This document shows positions 55,470 to 64,000 of a stretch of DNA of 64,000 nucleotides, in pieces; the stretch's first letter is position 1; each line of letters begins with the position of its first letter. The translations under genes were made by a program, and so were the position numbers. The notes under the pieces are model-generated. The model did not search any database. It saw nothing but the letters and a program-made list of their open reading frames with translations, and was not told the origin of the DNA. The DNA comes from Candidatus Latescibacterota bacterium (GTDB taxonomy: Bacteria; Latescibacterota; UBA2968; UBA8231): the NCBI GenBank assembly GCA_965248355.1, contig OZ252098.1, forward strand, positions 2,688,001 to 2,752,000. Reading direction: 5' to 3'.

Positions 55470-55685
55470 ATGACCGAAACCGAGAGGCGCCGAGCGACCG
55501 AAACCGAGAGGCGCCGAGCGACGGCCCAGGCCCACAGTGACGGCCTGGCCGTCGAGTGTTCCGTCTGTGGCGCCCGCCCCGGCGCCCCGTGCGTGGCTAC
55601 CCGGTGGAGCGACAACGGCCGCCAGGTTCACCGCTTCCGCCGCTACGAGAACCATGCGCAGCGACTTCCCGGTTCCTTGCGATAA
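55470..55685 (+). CDS. Small phage-type zinc-finger protein
   Basis: CSVCGARPGAPC...H; N-terminal 24-bp tandem duplication (TETERRRA x2). Confidence 0.55.
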   Translation: MTETERRRATETERRRATAQAHSDGLAVECSVCGARPGAPCVATRWSDNGRQVHRFRRYENHAQRLPGSLR

Positions 55686-55717
55686 CGGCGACTATCGAGA
55701 CTGCGACGGCGGCGCCG

Positions 55718-56326
55718 TCAGTGCCCGCCGCAGGCGGATTCGTTCACGCGCAGGTACTCGACAACAAAGCGGTCCATGTGCTCGGACACGCCTTGCAGGA
55801 TGAAACTCGCGTCACCTCCGCCGTGCGTTCCGGCGGCCCCGGCGTGCCAGGTCTGAGCCCGCCCGACTATATCCAACGCCTCGTCATGCAGCCATTTGTT
55901 GTATCCGATGCCGATTGAGAACGCGGACCCTACAACGTTGACGTTGACATACAGGTCGTGGTCCGCTTCCGCGTCGTACAGCCGCGCGGCCCGCAACCGG
56001 CTTTCCGCCGCCGTCTGGATGCGTTCCCTCGTCAACCCGATCTCCTCCGCGTCTTCGGGCAGGAATTCAACGATCAGATCCAACGGCCGGCACGCGCTCC
56101 AGAGTTCGAAGCAGCCGCGGCTCGTAGATGGGTCGTCGGGGTCCACGCATGGACGCTGCCACTCGATCGTGCTCCGGACAGAGTTCAACAAGGCTTCCAA
56201 GCCGCCGGCGGGCGGCGGAACGGGCTTCTCGGCCGGGGGCGTCTCTCCGGCCAGCCGCCCGTCGAAGCAGAGCACAACCAAGAGGGCCCCAGCCCATACG
56301 AGAGCAAAGCGGATCTTGGTGGTCAT
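55718..56326 (-). CDS. Secreted hypothetical protein (cargo)
   Basis: GGAGG RBS; signal-peptide-like N-terminus; 202 aa. Confidence 0.65.
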   Translation of the reverse strand: MTTKIRFALVWAGALLVVLCFDGRLAGETPPAEKPVPPPAGGLEALLNSVRSTIEWQRPCVDPDDPSTSRGCFELWSACRPLDLIVEFLPEDAEEIGLTRERIQTAAESRLRAARLYDAEADHDLYVNVNVVGSAFSIGIGYNKWLHDEALDIVGRAQTWHAGAAGTHGGGDASFILQGVSEHMDRFVVEYLRVNESACGGH

Positions 56327-56399
56327 TTCGGCCTCCGTTTCGTGGGGGGAGAGGCCGGGAAGGTTAAGGGCTCCGCCGTCTGACGGCCACGGTCAGGGT

Positions 56400-57404
56400 T
56401 CAGCTCAGGCCGGCCACGCCGCGGGCGTCGCCAAGGGGCATCCCGGCGGCCTGCAGGTCCTTCACCACGCGGGCGCGCTGCGCCAGGCTGTCCGGCGTCT
56501 CTATCTGGTTCCAGTCAAGGCGGACCTCGCGCTCCAGCTTCGCCTCCAGCTCTTCGCGGATGGCGTCCCCGATAGCCTCCAGGTGCAGCACCCGCCACCG
56601 GCGCGTTGTTTCCCGCGTGTTGCTGCCGGTGCTGCCGTGCACTAGCTCGGACAGAACCCCGCAGGCGGCCAACACGTCGGTCTGGACGGCCTCCCGCAGT
56701 GCTACCAGGGGCGCGGTAGGGGCCGGGCCCAGGTTTTCCAGTGGGTGGCCTCCGGTGCCCGTTTGCCCGCCGACTACATGCGGACTCACAATCACCATTC
56801 CGCCTTCCTCAAGGCGCTTCTGAAATTGCTCCATTTGCAGGCTTGTCAGGTCCGGCAGGCTCGCCACCTTGCCGACGGGGATACCGGCCTCGCGCTCCAG
56901 GGCCTTCTCGATCCGGCCGGCCAGGGCGGACGTGCCACTGGCGACGGCCCAGGGCGCGCGGCCTTTCCAGGGTTGCGAAGCGGCGGCGTTGAGGCGGACA
57001 TGTACGACACCTTCAGCGGGGTAGCGCCGGGTCACGGTCGCGGAGGGCGCCGTCAGCTCGGCCTTGTAATGCCACGTCTCGGGAACAGGGCCACCGGTCA
57101 CGTCCCAGGAAGCGGCCGGCAGCAACACGGGGCGGCCGGTGTCGGGGTCAATCTCGATGGCGGCCAGGAACTCGCCACGGTCAACGAGGCTGCGGCCGAT
57201 CAATCCCCGGAGGCTCGCGGGGAAAGCGAATCCCTGCGCCTCGATGGTCGCGGCCACCAGGGCGCGCTCGTACAGCAGGCCGGCAATCGATACCGCGGCT
57301 ACGGCGCCGGCGTCCACGGCCCGGGTCCCGGCGAGGGCCTCCAGCTCGGCGACTCGAAGGGTGGAGTATCCGGTAGCGGCTGCGCGCTGGCGGAAGGGCC
57401 ACAC
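56400..57404 (-). CDS. Phage portal-like protein (HK97-type, divergent)
   Basis: MWPF start, AVAAV, RSLVDRGE, GVVHVR, PWKGRAP, VLAACGV, RARVVKDL..AGM; adjacent to prohead protease. Confidence 0.7.
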   Translation of the reverse strand: MWPFRQRAAATGYSTLRVAELEALAGTRAVDAGAVAAVSIAGLLYERALVAATIEAQGFAFPASLRGLIGRSLVDRGEFLAAIEIDPDTGRPVLLPAASWDVTGGPVPETWHYKAELTAPSATVTRRYPAEGVVHVRLNAAASQPWKGRAPWAVASGTSALAGRIEKALEREAGIPVGKVASLPDLTSLQMEQFQKRLEEGGMVIVSPHVVGGQTGTGGHPLENLGPAPTAPLVALREAVQTDVLAACGVLSELVHGSTGSNTRETTRRWRVLHLEAIGDAIREELEAKLEREVRLDWNQIETPDSLAQRARVVKDLQAAGMPLGDARGVAGLS

Positions 57405-57908
57405 TTACAGAATCTCCAGGGGCAGACCAACGTCCTCAGCAGGGCGTTGGTCGCGGGCCTCGACGGTCGCGGACGGGTAGGCCGGCCGATCCACTACGCC
57501 GATACCCACAAGCTCGGCGGCGGTCACGACCTCGACGCCTTGCGGGTCCATGTAGCCGTCCCGGACGTAGAACTCGGCAGACATGCCCCGAAGCACGCCA
57601 GCTTTCACCAGGGCCAGGGTGTCGTCGGCCTCGCGGGTCTGTGGCAAGGTGGCGCTCACCGTCAGGGCCTCGCCGCTGTCCCGCAGCTCCAGGCCGGCCC
57701 CGCTACGGGCCAGCGGGCGGGCGCGGTCGTGCTGGACGTTCAGGATGGCGTCCACGTTGGACAGATCCCCGAAGGCTCCCGGGTCGATCCGTTCCCCGCG
57801 GCCCGGGGCGACCTCGCCGTAGGCCACAAGGGTTCCCTCCAGGGTGCGGCCGTCGCCTTCCTGGCGCAGGGTCAGGGCCACATACCTGTAGCGTTTCTCT
57901 GGAGACAC
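57405..57908 (-). CDS. HK97-family prohead protease
   Basis: ERIDPGAF, LNVQHD, LRGMSAEF, GVVDRPAYP. Confidence 0.88.
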   Translation of the reverse strand: MSPEKRYRYVALTLRQEGDGRTLEGTLVAYGEVAPGRGERIDPGAFGDLSNVDAILNVQHDRARPLARSGAGLELRDSGEALTVSATLPQTREADDTLALVKAGVLRGMSAEFYVRDGYMDPQGVEVVTAAELVGIGVVDRPAYPSATVEARDQRPAEDVGLPLEIL

Positions 57909-57978
57909 GTCGTGTTCCCCCTTCTCTCGCAGTACGTTGAGGCCGGCCCAGGGGAGCGGTTCCCCCGGGCCTTCCTCA

Positions 57979-58080
57979 TCAGGCCAGTTTCAGGTCCCGC
58001 AGGGTGAAGCTCGCCGCGTCCACGACCTTGAAGGCGGCCAGCAAGGCCGCGGTCAGGTGTACTTGACCTTCGGCCGCTTG
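57979..58080 (-). pseudogene. Probable 3' remnant of a major capsid gene truncated at the inverted repeat
   Basis: Manual translation QAAEGQVHLTAALLAAFKVVDAASFTLRDLKLA*, resembling HK97-fold capsid C-termini; directly upstream of the protease. Confidence 0.5.
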
Positions 58081-58194
58081 GGGGGTCCCCTCTCCAGGGT
58101 GGGCAATCTCGTGGGTAAGGACCCAACAACGGAGTCCTAAATCACAAGAAATCAATCATTTAGGGAATGTGTTCGAGTCCTCCTGGGTGCACCA
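58080..58194 (+). repeat. attR: right inverted repeat plus 24-bp tRNA 3' duplication
   Basis: Contains IHF consensus AATCAATCATTTA (58150-58162) and paired GTGGG(C/T)AA arm-like repeats. Confidence 0.92.
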
Positions 58195-58278
58195 CTTTCG
58201 CCGCCGTACATGCAAGGGGTTGCGGGACACATCTTCTCTCGCAACCCCTTCGTCGTGACGGTCTTCCAAGGTGACCGC

Positions 58279-60198
58279 ATGCCCGCTGATCCCAACGAAT
58301 CCTCCCCCCCGCCGCTGACCGGCACCCCGCCCGAACGGCTGGTGCGGGACTTCGCGAGCCGGGGGATCGTCCTGCTGTCCCCCGAGAGCCTCGGCATCCC
58401 CCCCGAGATCCACCAGCGGATCTACGAGCAGGAGAAACAGGCCTCCCAGGCCGGGGAGCCCGTGACTCCGGCCAGCATCCCCGAGATCCTGGAGCTGCTC
58501 AACGCCCCGGGCCTCGTGCGGGCCTGCGACCGGCTCCTGGGCGAAAACTGGGCCGTCGTTCCCTTCAGCCACAACGCCACCTTCGCCAGCGGCGGGCGGG
58601 ACCAGCACTGGCACAAGGACGACAACGCGCCCTACAACGGCCGCAAGCTGCGCCACCACCAGGCGGTGCAGGTGGAGATGCTCTACTACCCGCAGGTCGT
58701 GGCTCCGGAGATGGGGCCCACGGCCACGGTGCCCTACTCCCACTACTGGACCTTTGACCACGAGGAGAACCACGACAACTTCGCCGGCGCCGATCACCTC
58801 GACTTCGACTACCACCTCAGCGGCATGGAGGGGCAGGCCGTGAGCGGCCCCGACTCCAAGTACGATCCCGAGGAGATCCGCCGGGGCCGCACCGCCCACG
58901 ACCGGCGCATGCGGGAGGCGGTGACCGACACGGGGTGGCCCCTGGTGCGGTCCTTCGAGGCGGCGCCGCTGGCGGCGGGCAGCGTCGTGCTCTACTCCCA
59001 CAACACCTTCCACCGAGGCAACCACCGCCGCGACGACTGGCGCACCTGGCCCGACCGGCCCCGCTTCATGTGGCGCTTCTGGCTCTACCGGACCACCGAC
59101 GCGCCTGCCGACTCGGACGGACCCGAGGTCGACTGGAGGGAGCCCGGCACCGACCCGATGACCGGCATCGATCTGTCCGGGGCGGACGACGATGTCACCG
59201 CTGTCTGGCGCTACCACCATCACTGGATGCGGACGGGGCGGCCGCCGCCGCCGCGGCCCGAAGCCGCCGCCCTTTCGCCGCCGGCGCGGGAGCGGGAGGC
59301 CGAGCTTCTGTTCGCGCGGCTGCACGCCCGGCACGAGGCCGCCGAGCCGGTCCGCGTCGGCGCCGCCTACCAGCTCGCCTCCATGGGGGACACGGCCCTG
59401 GCGGTGCGGCTTCTGGGCGAGGCCCTCCGCGATCACCGGGAGAGCGTGCGCCGGGCCGCCACCTACGGCCTGATCACGGTTGGAGAAGAGGCGGCCGGGG
59501 CCTTTCTCGAGGCCGCGGCTTCGCCCGTCAAGTGGGTCCGCAAGGCGGGAGTCCACGGCCTGGGCGACGCCGCCCCCCTCACCGGAGAGGTCCTGGAAGC
59601 CGTGACCGCGCGCCTCCACGAGGACCCGTCGGTGTACGTCCGCGCCGTCGCCGCCGGCGCCCTGGGCTGCCTCGGCCGCCGGGCCGCGGCCACGGGAACC
59701 GGTCGCGAGCGGATCCCGGACTGCTTCCGCGCCCTCCTGCGGAGCCTGGACCGGGAGGAGAACCGGCTGGCCATGGACCGGGCCCAGAACCGGAGCATCA
59801 AGATGGTGCGGCCCACCGACGACAGCGACATCTGCGAAGGCGGCGGCGTCGACTTCGGCCTGGAGCGGTTCGCGCCGGTGCGCTCCGCCGTGCGCGAGAA
59901 CGCCCTGTGGTCGATGGTCATCCTCTGCTCCCACGGGGCCGCCGCCGCGGGCGACGCCCTGGAGCCGGCGATCCGGACCCTGAAGGAGGTGGTCCGGACC
60001 GACGAGAACGTCATCTCCTTGGGCTACGCCATGGACGCCCTGGGCCGCCTCGCCCACCTGGGTCCGCAGGATCCGGCGGAGGCGGAGATCCCGGCCCTCG
60101 CCGATCTGAGGGCGGAGTTGCGGGCCGTCCTCGACCAGTCTCCCGTGCACTGCTGGGAGTCCCTGGTGCGAGGCGGGCTGAGCTTTACGCCGGACTGA
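58279..60198 (+). CDS. PhyH-like Fe/2OG dioxygenase fused to HEAT repeats
   Basis: HWHKD...MGPTATVP.SH...AGSVVLYSHNTFHRG; C-terminal HEAT-like repeats (ESVRRAATYGL, DPSVYVRAVAAGALG). Confidence 0.8.
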   Translation: MPADPNESSPPPLTGTPPERLVRDFASRGIVLLSPESLGIPPEIHQRIYEQEKQASQAGEPVTPASIPEILELLNAPGLVRACDRLLGENWAVVPFSHNATFASGGRDQHWHKDDNAPYNGRKLRHHQAVQVEMLYYPQVVAPEMGPTATVPYSHYWTFDHEENHDNFAGADHLDFDYHLSGMEGQAVSGPDSKYDPEEIRRGRTAHDRRMREAVTDTGWPLVRSFEAAPLAAGSVVLYSHNTFHRGNHRRDDWRTWPDRPRFMWRFWLYRTTDAPADSDGPEVDWREPGTDPMTGIDLSGADDDVTAVWRYHHHWMRTGRPPPPRPEAAALSPPAREREAELLFARLHARHEAAEPVRVGAAYQLASMGDTALAVRLLGEALRDHRESVRRAATYGLITVGEEAAGAFLEAAASPVKWVRKAGVHGLGDAAPLTGEVLEAVTARLHEDPSVYVRAVAAGALGCLGRRAAATGTGRERIPDCFRALLRSLDREENRLAMDRAQNRSIKMVRPTDDSDICEGGGVDFGLERFAPVRSAVRENALWSMVILCSHGAAAAGDALEPAIRTLKEVVRTDENVISLGYAMDALGRLAHLGPQDPAEAEIPALADLRAELRAVLDQSPVHCWESLVRGGLSFTPD

Positions 60199-60240
60199 TC
60201 CGAGGAGGGCCGCCGCGGCCATCACCAGGAAGGGACGCCG

Positions 60241-61296
60241 ATGCCCATCGATCTGCTGACGACGGACCAGATCTCCCGCTTTAAGCGGGATGGATACCTG
60301 GTCCTGCCGGGCGTGCTCGACCCGCGGCTCTGCCGCCGGGCGCGGGACCAGATGTGGGAGGTCGCCGGGGAGCACCTGCCGCGCATGAAGCGGGACGATC
60401 CGGCCACCTGGGGCCCGGTCACCGAGGAGGAGAACGCCCGCCTGGCGGAGGGCCGGCCCGAGGGAGGCGGAGATCCCTACTTCAGCGGCAGCGGCCACCG
60501 GTTCTATGTGCGCAACGGCGCCGAGGAGCTGCTCCTCGACCTGGCGCCCCGGGCGTTGTGGCAGGTGGCCGAGCAGCTACTCGGACAGGGCACGGTGGTG
60601 TGGCCCGCCGGGCTTGACGCCTCGGGCGGTGCCACGGGCCCCGCCTTCATGTGCGACGACGCCGTGGGCGGGCTGGTCTCCCACGTGGGCCACGCCATGG
60701 GCTATCCGCCGGAGGGGACCTTCCGCACCGAGCCGGCCCTGCGGCTGCCCGCCAGCGGCCCGGTGTGGCTCAACGGACAGGGCACGCGCGGACTCTACTG
60801 CACCCTGCCCGGCAGCCCGCCCCAGGCGCCCGGGTACCCGGGGGCCCATTCCGACGGCGCCTGTTACGGCCGCTTCCGGGTGCAGGTGTCGGCCTACATC
60901 GACGACCTGCCCCCCGGCTGCGGCGGCTTCACCGTGTGGCCCGGCAGCCACGCCAGGATCTGGACGGAGCAGTGGGAGGCCTTCCGCGGCGGCGAGAAGC
61001 ACACCGACAAGAGCCGGGCCGTGCGCCGCGCCGGCGGCTACAGCGACCCGGTCATCACGCGGATCAAGGACGACACCGAGCCCGTCGACTGCCACGGCCC
61101 GGCGGGCACCGTGGTCCTGTGGCACACCAAGATCCTGCACATGGCGGGCCTCAACACCTCCACCGACGTCATCCGCCAGGCGACGATCTACGGGTTCCTC
61201 AAGACGCCGGCCGCCGTGCCCGACCCGCTGGTGGTGGACGCCACGGACGGCGGCATCTGGCGGGACTGGTCGGCCGAGGTGCGCGGCGCCGCCTAG
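60241..61296 (+). CDS. Phytanoyl-CoA dioxygenase (PhyH) family protein
   Basis: FKRDGYLVLPGV, HSD, GGFTVWPGSH, GPAGTVVLWH..ILH. Confidence 0.85.
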   Translation: MPIDLLTTDQISRFKRDGYLVLPGVLDPRLCRRARDQMWEVAGEHLPRMKRDDPATWGPVTEEENARLAEGRPEGGGDPYFSGSGHRFYVRNGAEELLLDLAPRALWQVAEQLLGQGTVVWPAGLDASGGATGPAFMCDDAVGGLVSHVGHAMGYPPEGTFRTEPALRLPASGPVWLNGQGTRGLYCTLPGSPPQAPGYPGAHSDGACYGRFRVQVSAYIDDLPPGCGGFTVWPGSHARIWTEQWEAFRGGEKHTDKSRAVRRAGGYSDPVITRIKDDTEPVDCHGPAGTVVLWHTKILHMAGLNTSTDVIRQATIYGFLKTPAAVPDPLVVDATDGGIWRDWSAEVRGAA

Positions 61297-61306
61297 CCGG
61301 CGGACC

Positions 61307-62083
61307 TCACTCGGCGGCGGCCTCGTCCACCCCCGGCAGCAGGGCGTACCGCACCCAGCCGAACTCGGGATCGATCTCCAGGGCCTTCTCGAAGGCGGCC
61401 CTCGCCGGCTCGCGCTCGTCCCGGTCGAGGTGGGCCAGACCGATCCAGGCGTAGACCTCGCCGTGCCCCCACACCGGCTGCAGGGGATCGGCCGGCATCT
61501 GCCCGGCGAAGAGCGCGGCGGCCCTCCGGAACCCCTCCATGGCCCTCTCCTTGTTCCCGCCGAACATGCGGGGGGTGTTGAAGTCGGCCAGGGCCGCGGC
61601 CAGCACCACGCGGGGGTTGTCCGGAGCGAGCCGTTCGGCCTTCTCGAGGGCTCGTTTCGCCCTGGGGCCCAGGACGATGCCCTTCACGGGACTCAGCCCC
61701 ATCTGCCGCCCGTAGACGCTGTTGAGCAGCGCGTAGGCCTCGGCCGCATCCGCGTCGAGTTTGATGACCTGCTTCAGGTTCTTCACCGCGCTGTCCAGGT
61801 GCGACGAGGCCCGGTCCTTCGAGGCCTTGTCCCGGGCGAGGAGGTGGTTGGCAATGCGGTAGTCGGCCAGGGCCGCGTAGTAGTGGCCCCAGGCGGCCCG
61901 CCGGGTGTCGGAGGAGGCTCGCTCGAAGGCCGCCCGGGCGGTCATCAGGAGGTCCAGATCTCCTCGATTCATCCCCGCCCGCAGGTCCGCCCTTCCCATG
62001 GCGATCAGGCTGTCGGCGGGCTGGGAGAGGCACGCGGCCGGCAGAGAAAGGGCGAGGGCGAGCAGCAGCGGAAGGTGTCTCAT
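61307..62083 (-). CDS. Secreted TPR protein
   Basis: Signal peptide; APDNPR, TPRMFGG, ALEIDPEFGW. Confidence 0.8.
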   Translation of the reverse strand: MRHLPLLLALALSLPAACLSQPADSLIAMGRADLRAGMNRGDLDLLMTARAAFERASSDTRRAAWGHYYAALADYRIANHLLARDKASKDRASSHLDSAVKNLKQVIKLDADAAEAYALLNSVYGRQMGLSPVKGIVLGPRAKRALEKAERLAPDNPRVVLAAALADFNTPRMFGGNKERAMEGFRRAAALFAGQMPADPLQPVWGHGEVYAWIGLAHLDRDEREPARAAFEKALEIDPEFGWVRYALLPGVDEAAAE

Positions 62084-62100
62084 GGCATTCCTCCGGTCGA

Positions 62101-64000
62101 TCAACGGTTGAAGGTGACAAGGACGCCGAAGTAGACGGATCGTCGGAAGCGGGTGGTCCGCGGCCGGCGCTCGCTGTAGTCGAGGCTGTAGTCGTAGTCG
62201 AGGACGTTGGCGCGGTTGAGCAGGTTGCTCACGGCGAGGAAGAACACGGCCTGGTGTCCCGTCCCGAAGGGCCGCAGGTAGCTCAGGCTCCCGTCCAGCC
62301 GCCGGAAGGCGGGCAGGCGCTCCGAGCCGACGGGGCCCTGCACCGGCAGGTAGTAGCCTCCCCCCTCCGCCGGCACCGCATCGATCACCGGGGTCACCGG
62401 ACGGCCGGAGGCGTGCTTCAGGGTGAGACCGCCGCTGAGGCCGCCCGCCAGCCGCACCTTCCCCACCAGCGTCAGGTTGTGGGTGATGTCGAAGGGCGAA
62501 GGGGCCTGCTCGTAGCGCACCTCCCGGCCCAGGTGCCGCGGCTGCAGCCGCCGCGATTTCAGCAGGCTGTACGCCGCCCAGCCGCTCAGGCGGGTCCGCA
62601 GGAAGCCGCCGCGCTTGAGGAACAGGTCCAGCCCGGAGGCCCGGCCGCTGCCGCCGTTGGTGTGGTTGAGACGGGGGTCGTGGAGCACCAGGTCGCGGTA
62701 GGGCTTGTGATAGGCCTCCACCCGCATCATCAGCTCCCGGCGCTCGTGGGTCAGGCCCGCGACCCAGTGCTGGGCCCGCTGGGGTCCCAGGTCCGGGTTG
62801 CCGCTCGCGGGGTTGTACTCCGGGGGAGAGGGGAACTGGTGGTAGATCCCCCAGCCCAGGCGCAGGTCCGTGCCGGGCGTGAAGGACCAGCGCGCGGAGA
62901 GACGCGGGTCGACGACCAGGCGGCCGGCCCGATCGTGGTGATCGGCGCGGACCCCGGCATTGACGGCGACGGCGTGGGCGGGCTTGAGATCGACCTCGAC
63001 GTAGGCGCCGGTGCGCCGGGCGCGGTAGGTGTGGTCCAGCTCGAAGACCTCGGCCTCCGGATCGAGGATGTCTCCCCGCTTGGGAACCGTGCCCCGGAAG
63101 CGGTTGTCCATCCGCTCCATCTCGCCGCCGAAGCGCAGCCAGGCCCGGTCGCCGAGGGCGCCCTCCAGATCGGCCCGGAGCTTGGTGGTGAGGTCGGCGG
63201 GCTCCAGGTCGAGGTTGCCCAGCTGCCGGCGCGCCTCGTAGCGGTTGAGGGAGGCGCTGCTGCGGATGAGCCAGCCGTCGTGGACGTGGGTCCACTGCAG
63301 GTTGTGGAGCCCGCTGGAGGTGCGGTTCCGGTAGAAGCCTTCGAAGGAGGGTTCCTCGACGCGCACGCCCAGGCGGTCGCCGGTGGCGAAGCTGAAGAGC
63401 TTGAGACGTCCCACGGGGGAGTACTGGTAGACGAGGTTGAGGTTGCCGTCGTGGGACCGGGGATAGGTCTCGAAGGCGCCCCCGTGACCGTTGACGCGGA
63501 AGAGGAGATCGGTGAGGCTGAGGTTGCCCGAGAGACGCAGGCCGAGGACGGCGGGAACGACCGGCGCGTCGACCCCCAGGGAGAGGGCCGCCAGGCCGAG
63601 GTTGAGGGTGGAGCGGCGCTGGGCGGGCCGGTCCTGGCTCTCCATGGCCAGCACCGCCGAGAGGGCGTTGCCATAGCGGGCCGGGAAGCCGCCCGTGGAG
63701 AACACGGTCCCCTTCGTCATGAAGGGGGGGATCGTGCCGAAGACGCCTCCGGTGGGCGACTCGTGCCGGTAGGGATGGACGACGGTGGCCTGGTCGAGCA
63801 GGACCAGGGTCTCGCTCACGTCGCCGCCGCGCACGAAGAGGCCGGCGCCGTCGTCCACCATGGCGGCGCCGGGGAAGGTCTTGAGAGCCCGGAAGACGTC
63901 GGCGGCGGCCCCGGGCGTGGTGACCACGTCCAGGGGGGAGAGGGTGACGGTCTCCTGCTCCCCGGTGGACCAGGTGCTGGCCGTGACCGCGGTCTCTCCG
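62101..64000 (-). CDS. TonB-dependent receptor (5' end outside window)
   Basis: Plug motifs LFVRGG, FSTGGFPARYGNALS; beta-barrel motifs PRLS, GNPDL, NLLNRAN. Confidence 0.88.
   Translation of the reverse strand, partial: GETAVTASTWSTGEQETVTLSPLDVVTTPGAAADVFRALKTFPGAAMVDDGAGLFVRGGDVSETLVLLDQATVVHPYRHESPTGGVFGTIPPFMTKGTVFSTGGFPARYGNALSAVLAMESQDRPAQRRSTLNLGLAALSLGVDAPVVPAVLGLRLSGNLSLTDLLFRVNGHGGAFETYPRSHDGNLNLVYQYSPVGRLKLFSFATGDRLGVRVEEPSFEGFYRNRTSSGLHNLQWTHVHDGWLIRSSASLNRYEARRQLGNLDLEPADLTTKLRADLEGALGDRAWLRFGGEMERMDNRFRGTVPKRGDILDPEAEVFELDHTYRARRTGAYVEVDLKPAHAVAVNAGVRADHHDRAGRLVVDPRLSARWSFTPGTDLRLGWGIYHQFPSPPEYNPASGNPDLGPQRAQHWVAGLTHERRELMMRVEAYHKPYRDLVLHDPRLNHTNGGSGRASGLDLFLKRGGFLRTRLSGWAAYSLLKSRRLQPRHLGREVRYEQAPSPFDITHNLTLVGKVRLAGGLSGGLTLKHASGRPVTPVIDAVPAEGGGYYLPVQGPVGSERLPAFRRLDGSLSYLRPFGTGHQAVFFLAVSNLLNRANVLDYDYSLDYSERRPRTTRFRRSVYFGVLVTFNR

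Noticed and set aside
55472..55522. 24-bp repeat as a possible CRISPR array
   Set aside because: Two abutting copies, no spacers, in-frame within an ORF; no cas genes or arrays seen in the window.
57937..58140. 'RRVHDL' resembling the tyrosine integrase HxLR box
   Set aside because: Lacks the following RH and any other integrase motif; the opposite strand reads better as a capsid C-terminus.
55063..58188. Inverted repeats as IS/transposon ends
   Set aside because: No transposase or target-site duplication; the repeats contain the tRNA core and IHF/arm motifs instead.
58171..58194. Additional tRNA gene
   Set aside because: Only the 3' 24 nt are present; this is the attR duplication.

Overview
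High-GC bacterial chromosome segment. The FlgD-Ig/'QNYPNPFN' and 'TWxxVK' C-terminal tags and the tandem PhyH genes suggest a Latescibacterota/Poribacteria-like lineage (inference only). About 1-36 kb is mostly housekeeping: glcF, murB, yaaA, hpt, recA, prmC-prfA-rpmE-rho, dnaG, RNase P RNA, pyrF, cpoB, bamD, nadD, thrC and six tRNAs, plus an accessory FAS-II cluster. About 36.0-58.2 kb is an island integrated at the 3' end of tRNA-Arg(ACG), bounded by a 24-bp direct repeat and with no recognisable integrase. It holds a 19-kb co-oriented defence gene array. A SNF2 helicase-nuclease / DUF1156 methylase / HEPN-DUF499 ATPase core is interleaved with nested candidate defence cassettes: an ART-like pair, two ABC-ATPase+TOPRIM-like pairs, a PD-(D/E)XK nuclease with an AlbA protein, and dual-OB+2xDUF488. 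The array is followed by a 3.1-kb phage head module (capsid remnant, prohead protease, portal) bracketed by 109-bp inverted copies of the att arm. PhyH dioxygenases, a TPR protein and a TonB receptor follow. Other notable points are a pyrF stop codon inside tRNA-Pro, a palindrome over the recA promoter, and four single-base homopolymer frameshifts that may be sequencing errors. All family assignments are from motif recognition, not database searches.
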